NCBI GenBank assembly: GCA_017456625.1
Contig: JAFTJB010000054.1
Span: forward strand, 1 to 59,538
Length of the DNA: 59,538 bases
Reading direction: 5' to 3'
DNA from: Clostridia bacterium
Lineage (GTDB): Bacteria > Bacillota > Clostridia > Oscillospirales > CAG-272
The translations under genes and the position numbers were made by a program. The notes below the pieces were generated by a model. The model had not been told where the DNA came from. It saw only the letters and a program-made list of their open reading frames with translations, and made no database searches. Within the stretch, counting starts at the first letter, position 1. Every line of letters starts with the position of its first letter. Positions 44,563 through 53,504 of the stretch are shown here, one piece after another.

Positions 44563-46671
44563 ATGCTTGAACATGCAAGACCGATTTGGATTTCCGGAAA
44601 ATTGAAAGAGATGAACACACTGGCGGCGTTTCGGACGGTACTGACCGAGGCGGGTGAGGCAGAGCTTTACGTTACGGCGGCGTACTATTACCGCGCGTTT
44701 TTGGACGGAAAATTTTTGGGCTACGGACCGGCGAGAGCGGCGAAGGGCTATGCAAGAGTAGACCGCCTTTGCTTTGCGCTTGACGGCAAGCCGCACGAGC
44801 TTGTGATCGAGGCGGAGGGCTTTTGCTGCGAGTCGCTTTCGGTCGTTTGGGAGCCTGCGTACTGCATGGCGGAGGTGCTTGTCAACGGCAAGAGCGTTGC
44901 GTGGACGGGCAGAGATTTTGAGGTGTTTGAGCCTCTGTATCATGTTCAAAAGGTCATGCGATACAGTGGTCAGAGGCACTTTACCGAGGTATATGACTTT
45001 AGACGAAGCCTTTCCTCGACTGATCCTGCAGGTCGTGCGGAGATGGCGGTCTTGCACCGCGAGAACAAGCTTTTGGAGCGTGCCGTTTCGTATCCGAGGT
45101 ACGACACGGTCGCACTTGGCGCCGGGGTGGGATACGGTAAGCTGGAGCATGATGCCTCGGAGGAGGCGATGCTGATCGAAAAGCACGACAAGCCCTTAAA
45201 TGATAATAGTATCCGTTGGGGTAATTTCGCGCCCGAGGAGATCGATACCAAGCCCTACATCTGGTCGCTTTCACAAAAGCTGATCCCTGTTGGCGGTATG
45301 TTTGATTTGCCCGTGGAGCTTGACGAAAACGAATACGCACTGTTCGATCTCGGCATGGTCGAGACCGGATTTTTGCAGGCGCGCTTTGAGGCATTGGCGG
45401 ATGCGGACGTGATCGTTGCATACTGCGAGTATCACGAGGGTGAGCAGTTCAAGATCAGAGGCGGTGTCAAGAACGTACTGGAGTATTTTGCAAACGAGGG
45501 GCAGAAGATCAATACGCAAAGCTTCGAGCCCTATTCCTTCCGCTGGATGCTTGTGCAGGTCAAAAAGGGTAAGATCCGTCTTGACGGGCTTGGGATTATG
45601 CGATTTGAGAACCCCGTTGTCGGCGTGGAATATCCCGAATTCGGAAACGAATTGCGCGATCTGATCTACAAGGCGGCGATCAGAACGCTGGCACAGAACT
45701 CGGTCGATATCTATATGGATTGCCCCTCCCGTGAGCGCGCGGGTTGGCTCTGCGACTCCTATTTTACGGGACGAGTGGAGAAAAAGCTGCTTGGAACGAG
45801 CACTGTGGAGCGCGCGTTCCTTGAAAATTTCCGCTTGTTTGAGAACCGAGGAGAGATCCCCGAGGGCGCTTTGCCTATGTGCTATCCCGCGGGCTTTATC
45901 AACAACAACGATTTCATTCCGCAGTGGGATATGTGGTACGTTCTTGAGGTCGAGGAGTATCTGACATGCCGCGAGACGGAGGTGGATCGCGAGATCTTCC
46001 GCGCGAGCGTGATGGGCGTGTTGGATTTCCTCTCCCGCTACGAGAACGAGGACGGATTGCTTGAAAGGCTGCCCTCCTGGAACTTCGTTGAGTGGTCGAG
46101 AGCAAACAAGTGGACAAAGGACGTCAACTATCCCACAAACTTCCTCTACGCGCGCACGCTTCTGGCGGCGTACAATCTGTACGGCGGTGAGGAGCTGCGA
46201 GAGAAGAGCCGTCGCGTTGCGGCGGAGGCGAAGAGACAGTCCTTCAACGGCGAGCTCTTTACCGACCACGCGATCCGCGGAGAGGACGGAAAGCTCTACA
46301 ATGCGGGGGATATTTCGGAAATTTGCCAATACTACGCGATCTTGCTTGCCGATTTGGACCTGCAGGCGCCCGAGTACGCAAAGCTTCTTGACATGGTAAA
46401 GAACGTGTTTCTTCCCACGAGAGTGGCAACGCCCGAGTTCGACGTTGAGCCGATCAATGCCTTCATCGGTGTGTATCTGCGTATGGATACGTTGCTCAAG
46501 CTTGGATATTACGAGCAGGCGCTGGCGGAGTGCGAGGATTTCTTCGGCGATATGGCAAGGGCAACGGGAACGCTTTGGGAGAACCGTACGCCCTCGGCAA
46601 GCTGCAACCACGGCTTTGCGTCTTATGCGGCGGTCGTTATGATGAAATGCGTTGAGGAACTGAAAAAATAA
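44563..46671 (+). CDS. GH78-related (alpha-L-rhamnosidase-like) six-hairpin glycosidase
   Basis: GGAGG SD, ATG 44563 (MLEHARPIW). YMDCPSRERAGWLCDS parallels the DCPQRNERLGWTGD motif of the GH78 gene at 16493..18733. Confidence 0.65.
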   Translation: MLEHARPIWISGKLKEMNTLAAFRTVLTEAGEAELYVTAAYYYRAFLDGKFLGYGPARAAKGYARVDRLCFALDGKPHELVIEAEGFCCESLSVVWEPAYCMAEVLVNGKSVAWTGRDFEVFEPLYHVQKVMRYSGQRHFTEVYDFRRSLSSTDPAGRAEMAVLHRENKLLERAVSYPRYDTVALGAGVGYGKLEHDASEEAMLIEKHDKPLNDNSIRWGNFAPEEIDTKPYIWSLSQKLIPVGGMFDLPVELDENEYALFDLGMVETGFLQARFEALADADVIVAYCEYHEGEQFKIRGGVKNVLEYFANEGQKINTQSFEPYSFRWMLVQVKKGKIRLDGLGIMRFENPVVGVEYPEFGNELRDLIYKAAIRTLAQNSVDIYMDCPSRERAGWLCDSYFTGRVEKKLLGTSTVERAFLENFRLFENRGEIPEGALPMCYPAGFINNNDFIPQWDMWYVLEVEEYLTCRETEVDREIFRASVMGVLDFLSRYENEDGLLERLPSWNFVEWSRANKWTKDVNYPTNFLYARTLLAAYNLYGGEELREKSRRVAAEAKRQSFNGELFTDHAIRGEDGKLYNAGDISEICQYYAILLADLDLQAPEYAKLLDMVKNVFLPTRVATPEFDVEPINAFIGVYLRMDTLLKLGYYEQALAECEDFFGDMARATGTLWENRTPSASCNHGFASYAAVVMMKCVEELKK

Positions 46672-46690
46672 CCTATCCGCGGAGGTGTTT

Positions 46691-47755
46691 ATGATAGCGA
46701 AAAGTGTGTATGGTATGGAACCGTTTCTTGCATCCTTGCCCGATCCCACGGCGATGGACAGGCGCGAGATCGTGGATCTGCTGTTGCGGGAGGAATACGG
46801 CTATCTGCCGCCCGCTCCCACGTCCGTCGAGGTCTCTGTTGAATACAGAAAGGCGGATAAGAGCTTTTGCGCGGGCAAAGCAGCCCTCTCGCATCTGACC
46901 TTTCTCTGCAAAGGGGAATTCGGTGAGTTTTCCTTCCCCGTGCGTTGTGTGATCCCCAAAAACACTACGTCTCCCGTACCTGCCTTCGTGCAGATCAATT
47001 TCCGTCCCGACGTTCCCGATCGCTATCAGCCTACCGAGGAGATCGTGGATAACGGATACGCAATTTTGTCCTTCTGCTATCACGACGTGAGCACCGATGA
47101 CGGCGACTTTACCAATGGGCTTGCGGGTGTTGTCTATCCCAACGGTGAGAGAAAGCCTGACCAATGCGGCAAGATCGGCCTATGGGCTTGGGCGGCGATC
47201 CGCGTGCTGGAATACGCGCTCACGCTCCCCGAATTGGATCATTCTCGCATTTGTGTGGCAGGACATTCCCGACTTGGCAAGACCGCACTTTTGGCGGGGG
47301 CGCTCGACGAACGCTTTTACTGTGCGTTCTCCAACAATTCGGGCTGTAGCGGTGCCGCGATCTCTCGCGAAAAGGAGGGAGAGACCGTTGCGCTGATCAA
47401 TAAGACCTTTCCATATTGGTTTTGTGAAAACTACAAAAAATACGCCGATAACGAGCAGGCGTTGCCCTTTGATCAGCATTATCTTATTGCGGCGAACTAT
47501 CCGCACCGTGTTTACGTTGCGAGTGCCGCGGAGGATCTTTGGGCATCTCCGAAAAATGAGTTTTTGGCGTGTGTCGCGGCGAGTAATTACTATCTATCGC
47601 GCGGTGAAGTGGGATTTGTCCACGGCGGAGAATTGCCAAGGGTGGGAGATCGCTTTCATGAAGGGAAGATCGGCTACCATCTCCGTGCGGGTCTGCATTA
47701 TTTCGGCCGTGAGGATTGGTTGCGATATTTCGAATATCTTGCTTTGCAAAAATGA
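46691..47755 (+). CDS. CE15-like alpha/beta hydrolase (glucuronoyl-esterase-like)
   Basis: GGAGG SD, ATG 46691. Nucleophile elbow VAGHSRLGKTALLAG. Sits in a CAZyme neighbourhood. Confidence 0.55.
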   Translation: MIAKSVYGMEPFLASLPDPTAMDRREIVDLLLREEYGYLPPAPTSVEVSVEYRKADKSFCAGKAALSHLTFLCKGEFGEFSFPVRCVIPKNTTSPVPAFVQINFRPDVPDRYQPTEEIVDNGYAILSFCYHDVSTDDGDFTNGLAGVVYPNGERKPDQCGKIGLWAWAAIRVLEYALTLPELDHSRICVAGHSRLGKTALLAGALDERFYCAFSNNSGCSGAAISREKEGETVALINKTFPYWFCENYKKYADNEQALPFDQHYLIAANYPHRVYVASAAEDLWASPKNEFLACVAASNYYLSRGEVGFVHGGELPRVGDRFHEGKIGYHLRAGLHYFGREDWLRYFEYLALQK

Positions 47756-47760
47756 GGTGA

Positions 47761-48447
47761 ATGGTAATGAATCGATATGAATTGCATATTCATACCGCGG
47801 AATGTGATAAGGCTGCGGCAATGCCGGCGGCGGAGCTCGTGCGCCGATACCACGAGGCGGGCTATGCGGGTATGGTCGTGACCGATCATTATTTTGATAT
47901 TTTTGACGAGTGGTTTGCGGACGAATTGAAGGGCATGAGCCGCAAGGAGTATATCCACCGTTGGCTCAAGGGCTACTATGCTGCGCGTGAGGAGGGCGAA
48001 AGGCTTGGCTTTGTCGTGCTTCCCGGTGCGGAGGTCCGCTTTAAGGATACGAAAAACGATTATTTGATCTATGGCGTGGATGAGCAGTTTTTCTATGATT
48101 CACCACCGCTCTCCGAGCTTGGAAGCGTGGAATGGCTTGTCAACGCGTTGCCCAAAAACGCTTGTGTCGTACAGGCGCATCCCTTCCGTAACGATATGAC
48201 GGTGAGAGTCCCGACGCCGCTCTTCGGTCTGGAGGGCTTTAACGGCGGAAATTCGCGCTTCCGTAACCAAATGGCGAAGACCTTCGCAGAGCATTACGGA
48301 AAGCCGATCACCTCGGGCTCGGATTACCACGGAGGCAAGCACCGCTTTGCCGTTGGCGGCATCGAAACGCCAAAGCTCATCAAGACCCCCAAGGATCTGA
48401 CTGACGTACTGCGAAGTGGAGAATATACTTTGATAGAAAAATACTGA
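47761..48447 (+). CDS. PHP-domain metal-dependent phosphoesterase
   Basis: YELHIHTAECD, VVTDHY, AHPFR, SGSDYHG. The start may be ATG 47767. Confidence 0.7.
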   Translation: MVMNRYELHIHTAECDKAAAMPAAELVRRYHEAGYAGMVVTDHYFDIFDEWFADELKGMSRKEYIHRWLKGYYAAREEGERLGFVVLPGAEVRFKDTKNDYLIYGVDEQFFYDSPPLSELGSVEWLVNALPKNACVVQAHPFRNDMTVRVPTPLFGLEGFNGGNSRFRNQMAKTFAEHYGKPITSGSDYHGGKHRFAVGGIETPKLIKTPKDLTDVLRSGEYTLIEKY

Positions 48448-48459
48448 TGAAGGAAAAAT

Positions 48460-48519
48460 TTGAGAGGAGGAAGCCTCTTGCAAGAGGTTCCTCCTCTCAA
48501 ACTCTCCTCCTCCAGAACC
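48460..48519 (+). repeat. Dispersed 3'-UTR stem-loop repeat, copy 3 (diverged, one bulge)
   Basis: ttGAGAGGAGGAAgCCTCTTG-CAAGAGGTTCCTCCTCTCaa plus the tail actctcctcctccagaacc. Starts 13 nt after the PHP stop. Confidence 0.8.
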
Positions 48520-48532
48520 TTCAACGCGAACA

Positions 48533-48564
48533 GGCATAGATACCAATGGGTATCTATGCCTTTT
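48533..48564 (+). terminator. Rho-independent terminator for the PHP-gene transcript
   Basis: ggcatagatacc-aatg-ggtatctatgcc followed by tttt. Confidence 0.8.
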
Positions 48565-48568
48565 CGTC

Positions 48569-48595
48569 AAAGCCTCTCTCGCAGAGAGAGGCTTT
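48569..48595. repeat. 12-bp perfect hairpin of the GCCTCTC...GAGAGGC type
   Basis: aaagcctctctc-gca-gagagaggcttt. The core is related to 35457..35486. Confidence 0.7.
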
Positions 48596-48599
48596 GAGA

Positions 48600-48636
48600 C
48601 AGCAGTCACTCCATTCTATGGATGGGGTGACTGCTG
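48600..48636. other. 10-bp stem hairpin with a structured 17-nt loop
   Basis: cagcagtcac-(tccattctatggatggg)-gtgactgctg. Confidence 0.6.
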
Positions 48637-48650
48637 TGCTGATAAGATTT

Positions 48651-48712
48651 CTTGAGGGTGGGAGAGGTATGGAGAGGGAGGGAACTTCTTGCAAGAAGTT
48701 CCCTCCCTCTCC
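48651..48712 (-). repeat. Dispersed 3'-UTR stem-loop repeat, copy 4 (inverted, so sense to the minus-strand M20 gene)
   Basis: The minus strand reads GGAGAGGGAGGGAACTTCTT-gc-AAGAAGTTCCCTCCCTCTCC plus the tail atacctctcccaccctcaag. Starts 16 nt after the M20 stop. Confidence 0.85.
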
Positions 48713-48728
48713 ATTGGTTTATCCACTC

Positions 48729-50165
48729 TTAACAAAGCTTCATCAGGCGAATATAGAATTCGCAGGCATTGCAGGCGGTTTCAATGCGGATGCGCTCGTT
48801 GTTGCCGTGAATGGTTGCTCGCTCGGCACTTGTCAGATCCATCGCGGAGAAGCGATAGACATGATTGGAGATCTTACCGTAGTGGCGCGAGTCGGAGCAT
48901 TGCATCATGAGATAGGGCGAAACGATACAGCCCTTCCAGGTGGATGCCACCGCTGTTGCGACCTTGTCCCATGCGGGGCAATCGGTCTCGGAGATGGGGC
49001 TGGGCTCCATGCCGTAAATGACGGATACGTCCACGTTCTCGTTGTTGACCGTCTTTTTCAGATATGCGGTCGCGCTTTCGATCGAGTCGAAGGGATTGAG
49101 ACGGATGTTGGATACCATCTCCGCCTCGGGGGGAATGACGTTGGAGGCGGTGCTCCCCTTCATCTGCGTAAAAGCGACCGTGGTGCGCATGAGCGCGTTG
49201 AGCTCTCCACCGCTCTTTTTGCAGATCATATCGAGCAGGGGAGAGAAGCACCAGAGATTGGCAAAGATCATGCGATAGACGAAATTGGAGTGTCTGCCAA
49301 GCGTGTCAAACATCTTTGCGACGGGTGCGGAGAGGTGCGAGGGAAAGGGATGATTTTCAATTTTGCAGCATGCCTCGGAGAGGATTCCAACAGGGGTGTG
49401 CGGCTTGGGCGCGGAGGCGTGACCGCCTGCCGATTTCGTCTTGTAGGAAACGTCCATCATACCCTTTTCGGCAATTCCAATCATGCCACAGGGCAGGGCT
49501 ACACCGGGAAATACGTTTTCCACAACAGCTCCACCCTCATCGACTACGAGCGCTGGCTTGATGCCGTTTTGCTCAAAGTAAGAGACGATATTGGGCGCGC
49601 CCGGTCCGTTGACCTCCTCGCCGCCCGAGAACGCGAAGTAAATGTCGTTTTCGGGTACAAAGCCTTGGGAGATCAGTGTATCTGCGGCAAAGAGCACACC
49701 GTTGATCGTGACCTTTGTGTCAAGTGTTCCGCGCCCCCAAAGCACGCCATCCTCGAGAATTGCCTCAAACGGAGGCTTTTCCCAAGCCTCCTCATTGACG
49801 GGAACAACGTCGTAGTGCGCCATGAGTACGGTTGGCTCGAGAGAGCTTTTTCCTTTCCAGCGGTAGAGCAAGCCGCGGCCGTCAATGCGCGTCAGCTCAC
49901 AAAGTGCGGCTACGTTTGGATAGAGAGACGGCAGAGCGGCGATCAGACCTTCAAATTCCGCATCGTCCTCCAAGGAGGGATCACGGTAGGAGACGGTTTT
50001 GTAGCGAACCAGGGTCTGTAGATTGGAGACCGCGCGGTCACGGTCGAATACCTCCTCCGCATCGATCACCGTGGGCTGCTTGTGCGGCTTGAAGTTGATC
50101 GTGCGGATGAGAATAATTCCGACAAAGAGCGCAAGAAGCGCCAAAATACAATACAGTACGGGCAT
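48729..50165 (-). CDS. M20-family metallopeptidase/amidohydrolase with an N-terminal membrane anchor
   Basis: N-terminal TM segment (VLYCILALLALFVGIILI). MAHYDVVP, RGTLDTK, GGEEV, GGHAS motifs are typical of M20. Confidence 0.75.
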   Translation of the reverse strand: MPVLYCILALLALFVGIILIRTINFKPHKQPTVIDAEEVFDRDRAVSNLQTLVRYKTVSYRDPSLEDDAEFEGLIAALPSLYPNVAALCELTRIDGRGLLYRWKGKSSLEPTVLMAHYDVVPVNEEAWEKPPFEAILEDGVLWGRGTLDTKVTINGVLFAADTLISQGFVPENDIYFAFSGGEEVNGPGAPNIVSYFEQNGIKPALVVDEGGAVVENVFPGVALPCGMIGIAEKGMMDVSYKTKSAGGHASAPKPHTPVGILSEACCKIENHPFPSHLSAPVAKMFDTLGRHSNFVYRMIFANLWCFSPLLDMICKKSGGELNALMRTTVAFTQMKGSTASNVIPPEAEMVSNIRLNPFDSIESATAYLKKTVNNENVDVSVIYGMEPSPISETDCPAWDKVATAVASTWKGCIVSPYLMMQCSDSRHYGKISNHVYRFSAMDLTSAERATIHGNNERIRIETACNACEFYIRLMKLC

Positions 50166-50176
50166 ATCGTCACCTC

Positions 50177-50854
50177 TTACAGCTTTCCGCGGTTATAAAG
50201 GATACGCGCGACGGCAACCGTGAATACGACACCGACGGGGACCATAATACCGACCGTGCTTGCGTTGAGAGCGGGGACAAAGATGAAGAGCGCGAGCATG
50301 AGGATAATAGGTGCAATGGAGAGCTTTGCGTTCTTGGAGATGAATACGACAGCAAGTCCGCCGAAGAGCGCGGGCAGGATCATATCAAACGCGGGAGTGA
50401 GGATCGGAGCCTCGAGCAGGGGCGTGAGCGGTACGATCAGAATGACACCGAGAATGATGATCACGGTGGTCACAATGCTTGATACTGCGATGGAGATAGT
50501 GGAAATGATCTCTCCCTCCTCTTGGCTGGGCTTGACGTTTGCTCGCTCCATGGCATCCAATGCGCAGGGGAGCTTGAGATTGGAGATGTTACCCGTGACA
50601 AAGGAGAGGTACGCGCCGCCTGCGCCAAGCATGGGGACGTAGGTAAACATCTCTACAATGCCGACCGCCCAATACATGGGAAGGATGGCGAGAAGTCCCT
50701 TGAAAAGCGCGTTCCATTGCGGCAGGACGTTGAAGATCAAGCAGATCGCAATGGGAAAAAGCAGGATCAAAGCGAAAAGGGAGAGACCCCACACACGACC
50801 CCAATAGTGCGTGCCGTCGAGATAGCTCATGGGCTGTTTGTTTGTCTTTTTCAT
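50177..50854 (-). CDS. Hypothetical polytopic membrane protein B (about 6 TM segments)
   Basis: AGGAGAG SD. 225 aa. No family motif that I can name with confidence. Confidence 0.6.
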   Translation of the reverse strand: MKKTNKQPMSYLDGTHYWGRVWGLSLFALILLFPIAICLIFNVLPQWNALFKGLLAILPMYWAVGIVEMFTYVPMLGAGGAYLSFVTGNISNLKLPCALDAMERANVKPSQEEGEIISTISIAVSSIVTTVIIILGVILIVPLTPLLEAPILTPAFDMILPALFGGLAVVFISKNAKLSIAPIILMLALFIFVPALNASTVGIMVPVGVVFTVAVARILYNRGKL

Positions 50855-50873
50855 GATATTCTCTCTCCTTTCT

Positions 50874-51608
50874 TTATGCTAACCAGCCCGTGATCGGGAT
50901 GGCTGCTGCCATGCCGCCGATGAGGCTGATGGGAAGTGCGTAATCGGTGATCCAGCGGATCTTGCATTTTTGGGAGATCAGTCCGCAGACGAGCATGAGA
51001 ATTGCAGAGACCGCCATGACACAAACGGGGATCAGTCCCGAGGTGTCACCCGAGAAGATCGTGGAAACGTCGCAGAATACGTAGCCGAGGAATGCGGAAA
51101 TCATACCGAGGAACATGGCGTTGTTGAAGATCTCGCCCCAACGGGAGTCCTTTTTCTCCATTTTCTTAAGTCCCTTCTGAATGCGCTTGGCGCAGAGCGG
51201 GACGAGTAAAAGACCGATGGCGATACCGACGGTCATGACCCAAAGGTCGGTGACGTAATCGGAGTCATTGTTCAGTGCCTGCCCTGCGGGGAGATTGAGC
51301 TGATCGATGGTGGTTTGCGAAGCAACGGTTTCATAGCTGAGTGAGCCGACCACCGAGAGACGGAGCCAAGGAAGCGCGACTCCGAGCTGCTTGGAAAGAA
51401 TGACTACGCCGACCAGGATGGAAACGGCGGGAGCAATGGTGAAGATCGCGGAGGAGGTGATGGTCTTTTTGATGATGCCGCCGTCCATCCCAAGCTCCTT
51501 CGCGCGCTTCATTGCACGGAAGAGGAAGAAGAAGGACTGCGCCAGCACCGCAGCGATGATCACACCCGCGATGACGTAAAGAATTGGATGGTTAATAGAA
51601 AATTCCAT
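50874..51608 (-). CDS. Hypothetical polytopic membrane protein A (possibly DUF5058-like)
   Basis: 244 aa. The N-terminus MEFSINHPILYVIAGVIIAAVLAQSFFF...AMKRAKELGM resembles my memory of a DUF family. This is unverified. Confidence 0.55.
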   Translation of the reverse strand: MEFSINHPILYVIAGVIIAAVLAQSFFFLFRAMKRAKELGMDGGIIKKTITSSAIFTIAPAVSILVGVVILSKQLGVALPWLRLSVVGSLSYETVASQTTIDQLNLPAGQALNNDSDYVTDLWVMTVGIAIGLLLVPLCAKRIQKGLKKMEKKDSRWGEIFNNAMFLGMISAFLGYVFCDVSTIFSGDTSGLIPVCVMAVSAILMLVCGLISQKCKIRWITDYALPISLIGGMAAAIPITGWLA

Positions 51609-51623
51609 GATGGATCTCCCTTC

Positions 51624-53480
51624 TTATTGATCTAACAGTAGTGCCGCGGCACCGAGAATACCTGCACGGTTGCCGAGCGCGGCGGTGAGAACGGGCACTG
51701 CGGGACCGTCGGAGCCGGCGAAAATCTCTTCATTTACAAGTGACTGCAGGGGCTTGGTCAATCGCTCGCCCTCTGCGCATACACCGCCACCGAGCAGGAT
51801 CGCCTCGGGACGGAGCTCGTTTGCGAGATTGGTGATGCCGCACGCGAGTGCCGCGATATAAGAATCGACTACGCGCTTTGCACTTGCGTCAACGTCGGAA
51901 TAGCGGAACGCGGTCGAGCCATCTACGGCATCGAGTGCGCCGATCTCCCACATTTTACTTGCTTTGTCTGCCTCCATTGCACGCTTGGTATCGCGGATCA
52001 GTCCGGTTGCGGAGGCATAAGCTTCAAGACAGCCGCGTCTTCCGCAGGTGCATCTCTCTCCACCCATGCAGATGACCGAGTGACCGAGCTCTGCGCCCGC
52101 CGAGCGGTTGCCCTCAAAGAGCTTGCCGTCCAAAACGATACCACCGCCGACACCCGTGCCGAGTGTAAGCATGACCGTTGTGCGGTAGTTCCTTCCGCTG
52201 CCGAATTTGGTCTCGCCCAACGCCGCGACGTTTGCGTCGTTTGCGATCTTGACGGGGAGGGAGGTGAGCTCCTCTACAGTCTTGCCGATCTTAAAATTCT
52301 TCCAGCCGAGATTGTTAGAATAGACTACCTCGCCGTTGGCACTGTCGATCATACCCGGAACACCGATGCCGACACCAACCGCATCCTCTGCGGTCAAATT
52401 GAGTGAGGACAGGAGCGAATTGGTGAGCTTGGCGATGTTTCTTGCCACAGCGAGATCGCCTCCCTCGCGCTCGGTGGGGATCTTGTCCGAAACGATCAGA
52501 CGACCGAGGTCATCTACGATACCGCCCTTGATAAAGGTGCCGCCGAGATCGATACCGACGTAATATTTGCGCAGAGAGGAGATGATCACGGTCATATCGC
52601 CGTCCAGCTCGTATTCCTCGTCACACGCGGAGAGAAAGTAGGTATCTCCCTGCTTGAAATCCTTTTTGCAAAGCGTACCGTTGCCGCGTACACAGGTAAG
52701 GGCACGGAAGCTTGCGCGGTCGCCGCGGAGCGTTGTTTTTTGGTTGATCTCCAGACGGGAGACGGTAAAATACTTGTTTGCGGCAAGCAACTCGCCTTCT
52801 TCGGTGCGCGCGGAGATCGTAGCGGGCGCATAGGGGGAAAGATCGGTGACCTTGAGTGCTTGCTCGACGTGGAGCTCACGCTCCTTGCCGTTTTTATCGA
52901 CTCTGCCGTAATCGTAAACGCGATATGTAAGATTGCTGTTTTGTTGGATCTCGCAGATCAAGCATCCGCTCGCAATCGCGTGGATCGTTCCCGAGGGAAT
53001 GAAATAAACGTCGCCTGCGTGTACGGGATAGAAGTTGAGCAGGTCGGTCAGTCGCTTTTCGCGGATCGCACTCTCGTATTCCTCCTGTGTGACTGCGCTC
53101 TTAAAGCCGAGATAGAGTCCGGCACCCTCGTCTGCCTCCACGACGTACCACATTTCGGTTTTTCCCAGGCTGTTTTCGTGCTTGAGCGCGTAGGAGTCGG
53201 AGGGATGGACCTGTATGGAGAGATCCTGTGCCGCATCGATGAATTTGATGAGCATAGGGAAGCGGTCGAAGCCCGAGAGATTGGTGCCAAGCTCGTTGGC
53301 GGTGACGGCTTGTGAGAGGTGCGTGCCATTCTCAAGCTTAGTGGGTCCGTCCGGGTGGAAGGAGAGCTCCCAGGATTCGGCACAGGGGGAGGCATCGGTG
53401 ATCTTTCCGTAGCGCTCCTTGAGCTTGGTGCCACCCCAAAGGTTGTCCTTGCATTCGGGATAGAGCTTTTCAATTCTCAT
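51624..53480 (-). CDS. Fusion protein: class I mannose-6-phosphate isomerase (N-terminal) plus ROK-family sugar kinase (C-terminal)
   Basis: N-terminal half: SWELSFHP, LSIQVHPSD, AGDVYFIPSGTIHA. C-terminal half: VGIDLGGTFIKGG, GTGVGGG, GHSVICMGGERCTCGRRGCLEAYAS (ROK Zn motif). Confidence 0.8.
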   Translation of the reverse strand: MRIEKLYPECKDNLWGGTKLKERYGKITDASPCAESWELSFHPDGPTKLENGTHLSQAVTANELGTNLSGFDRFPMLIKFIDAAQDLSIQVHPSDSYALKHENSLGKTEMWYVVEADEGAGLYLGFKSAVTQEEYESAIREKRLTDLLNFYPVHAGDVYFIPSGTIHAIASGCLICEIQQNSNLTYRVYDYGRVDKNGKERELHVEQALKVTDLSPYAPATISARTEEGELLAANKYFTVSRLEINQKTTLRGDRASFRALTCVRGNGTLCKKDFKQGDTYFLSACDEEYELDGDMTVIISSLRKYYVGIDLGGTFIKGGIVDDLGRLIVSDKIPTEREGGDLAVARNIAKLTNSLLSSLNLTAEDAVGVGIGVPGMIDSANGEVVYSNNLGWKNFKIGKTVEELTSLPVKIANDANVAALGETKFGSGRNYRTTVMLTLGTGVGGGIVLDGKLFEGNRSAGAELGHSVICMGGERCTCGRRGCLEAYASATGLIRDTKRAMEADKASKMWEIGALDAVDGSTAFRYSDVDASAKRVVDSYIAALACGITNLANELRPEAILLGGGVCAEGERLTKPLQSLVNEEIFAGSDGPAVPVLTAALGNRAGILGAAALLLDQ

Positions 53481-53504
53481 AGATGTAATCCTTTCTTGAT
53501 CGTA

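Noticed and set aside
27121-48712. Whether the four stem-loop repeats could be a CRISPR array or IS/MITE terminal inverted repeats.
   Set aside because: The copies are 8-13 kb apart, except for one opposed pair, and are not regularly spaced with unique spacers. There are no cas genes. No transposase or target-site duplication is visible. They are therefore treated as a REP-like dispersed element.
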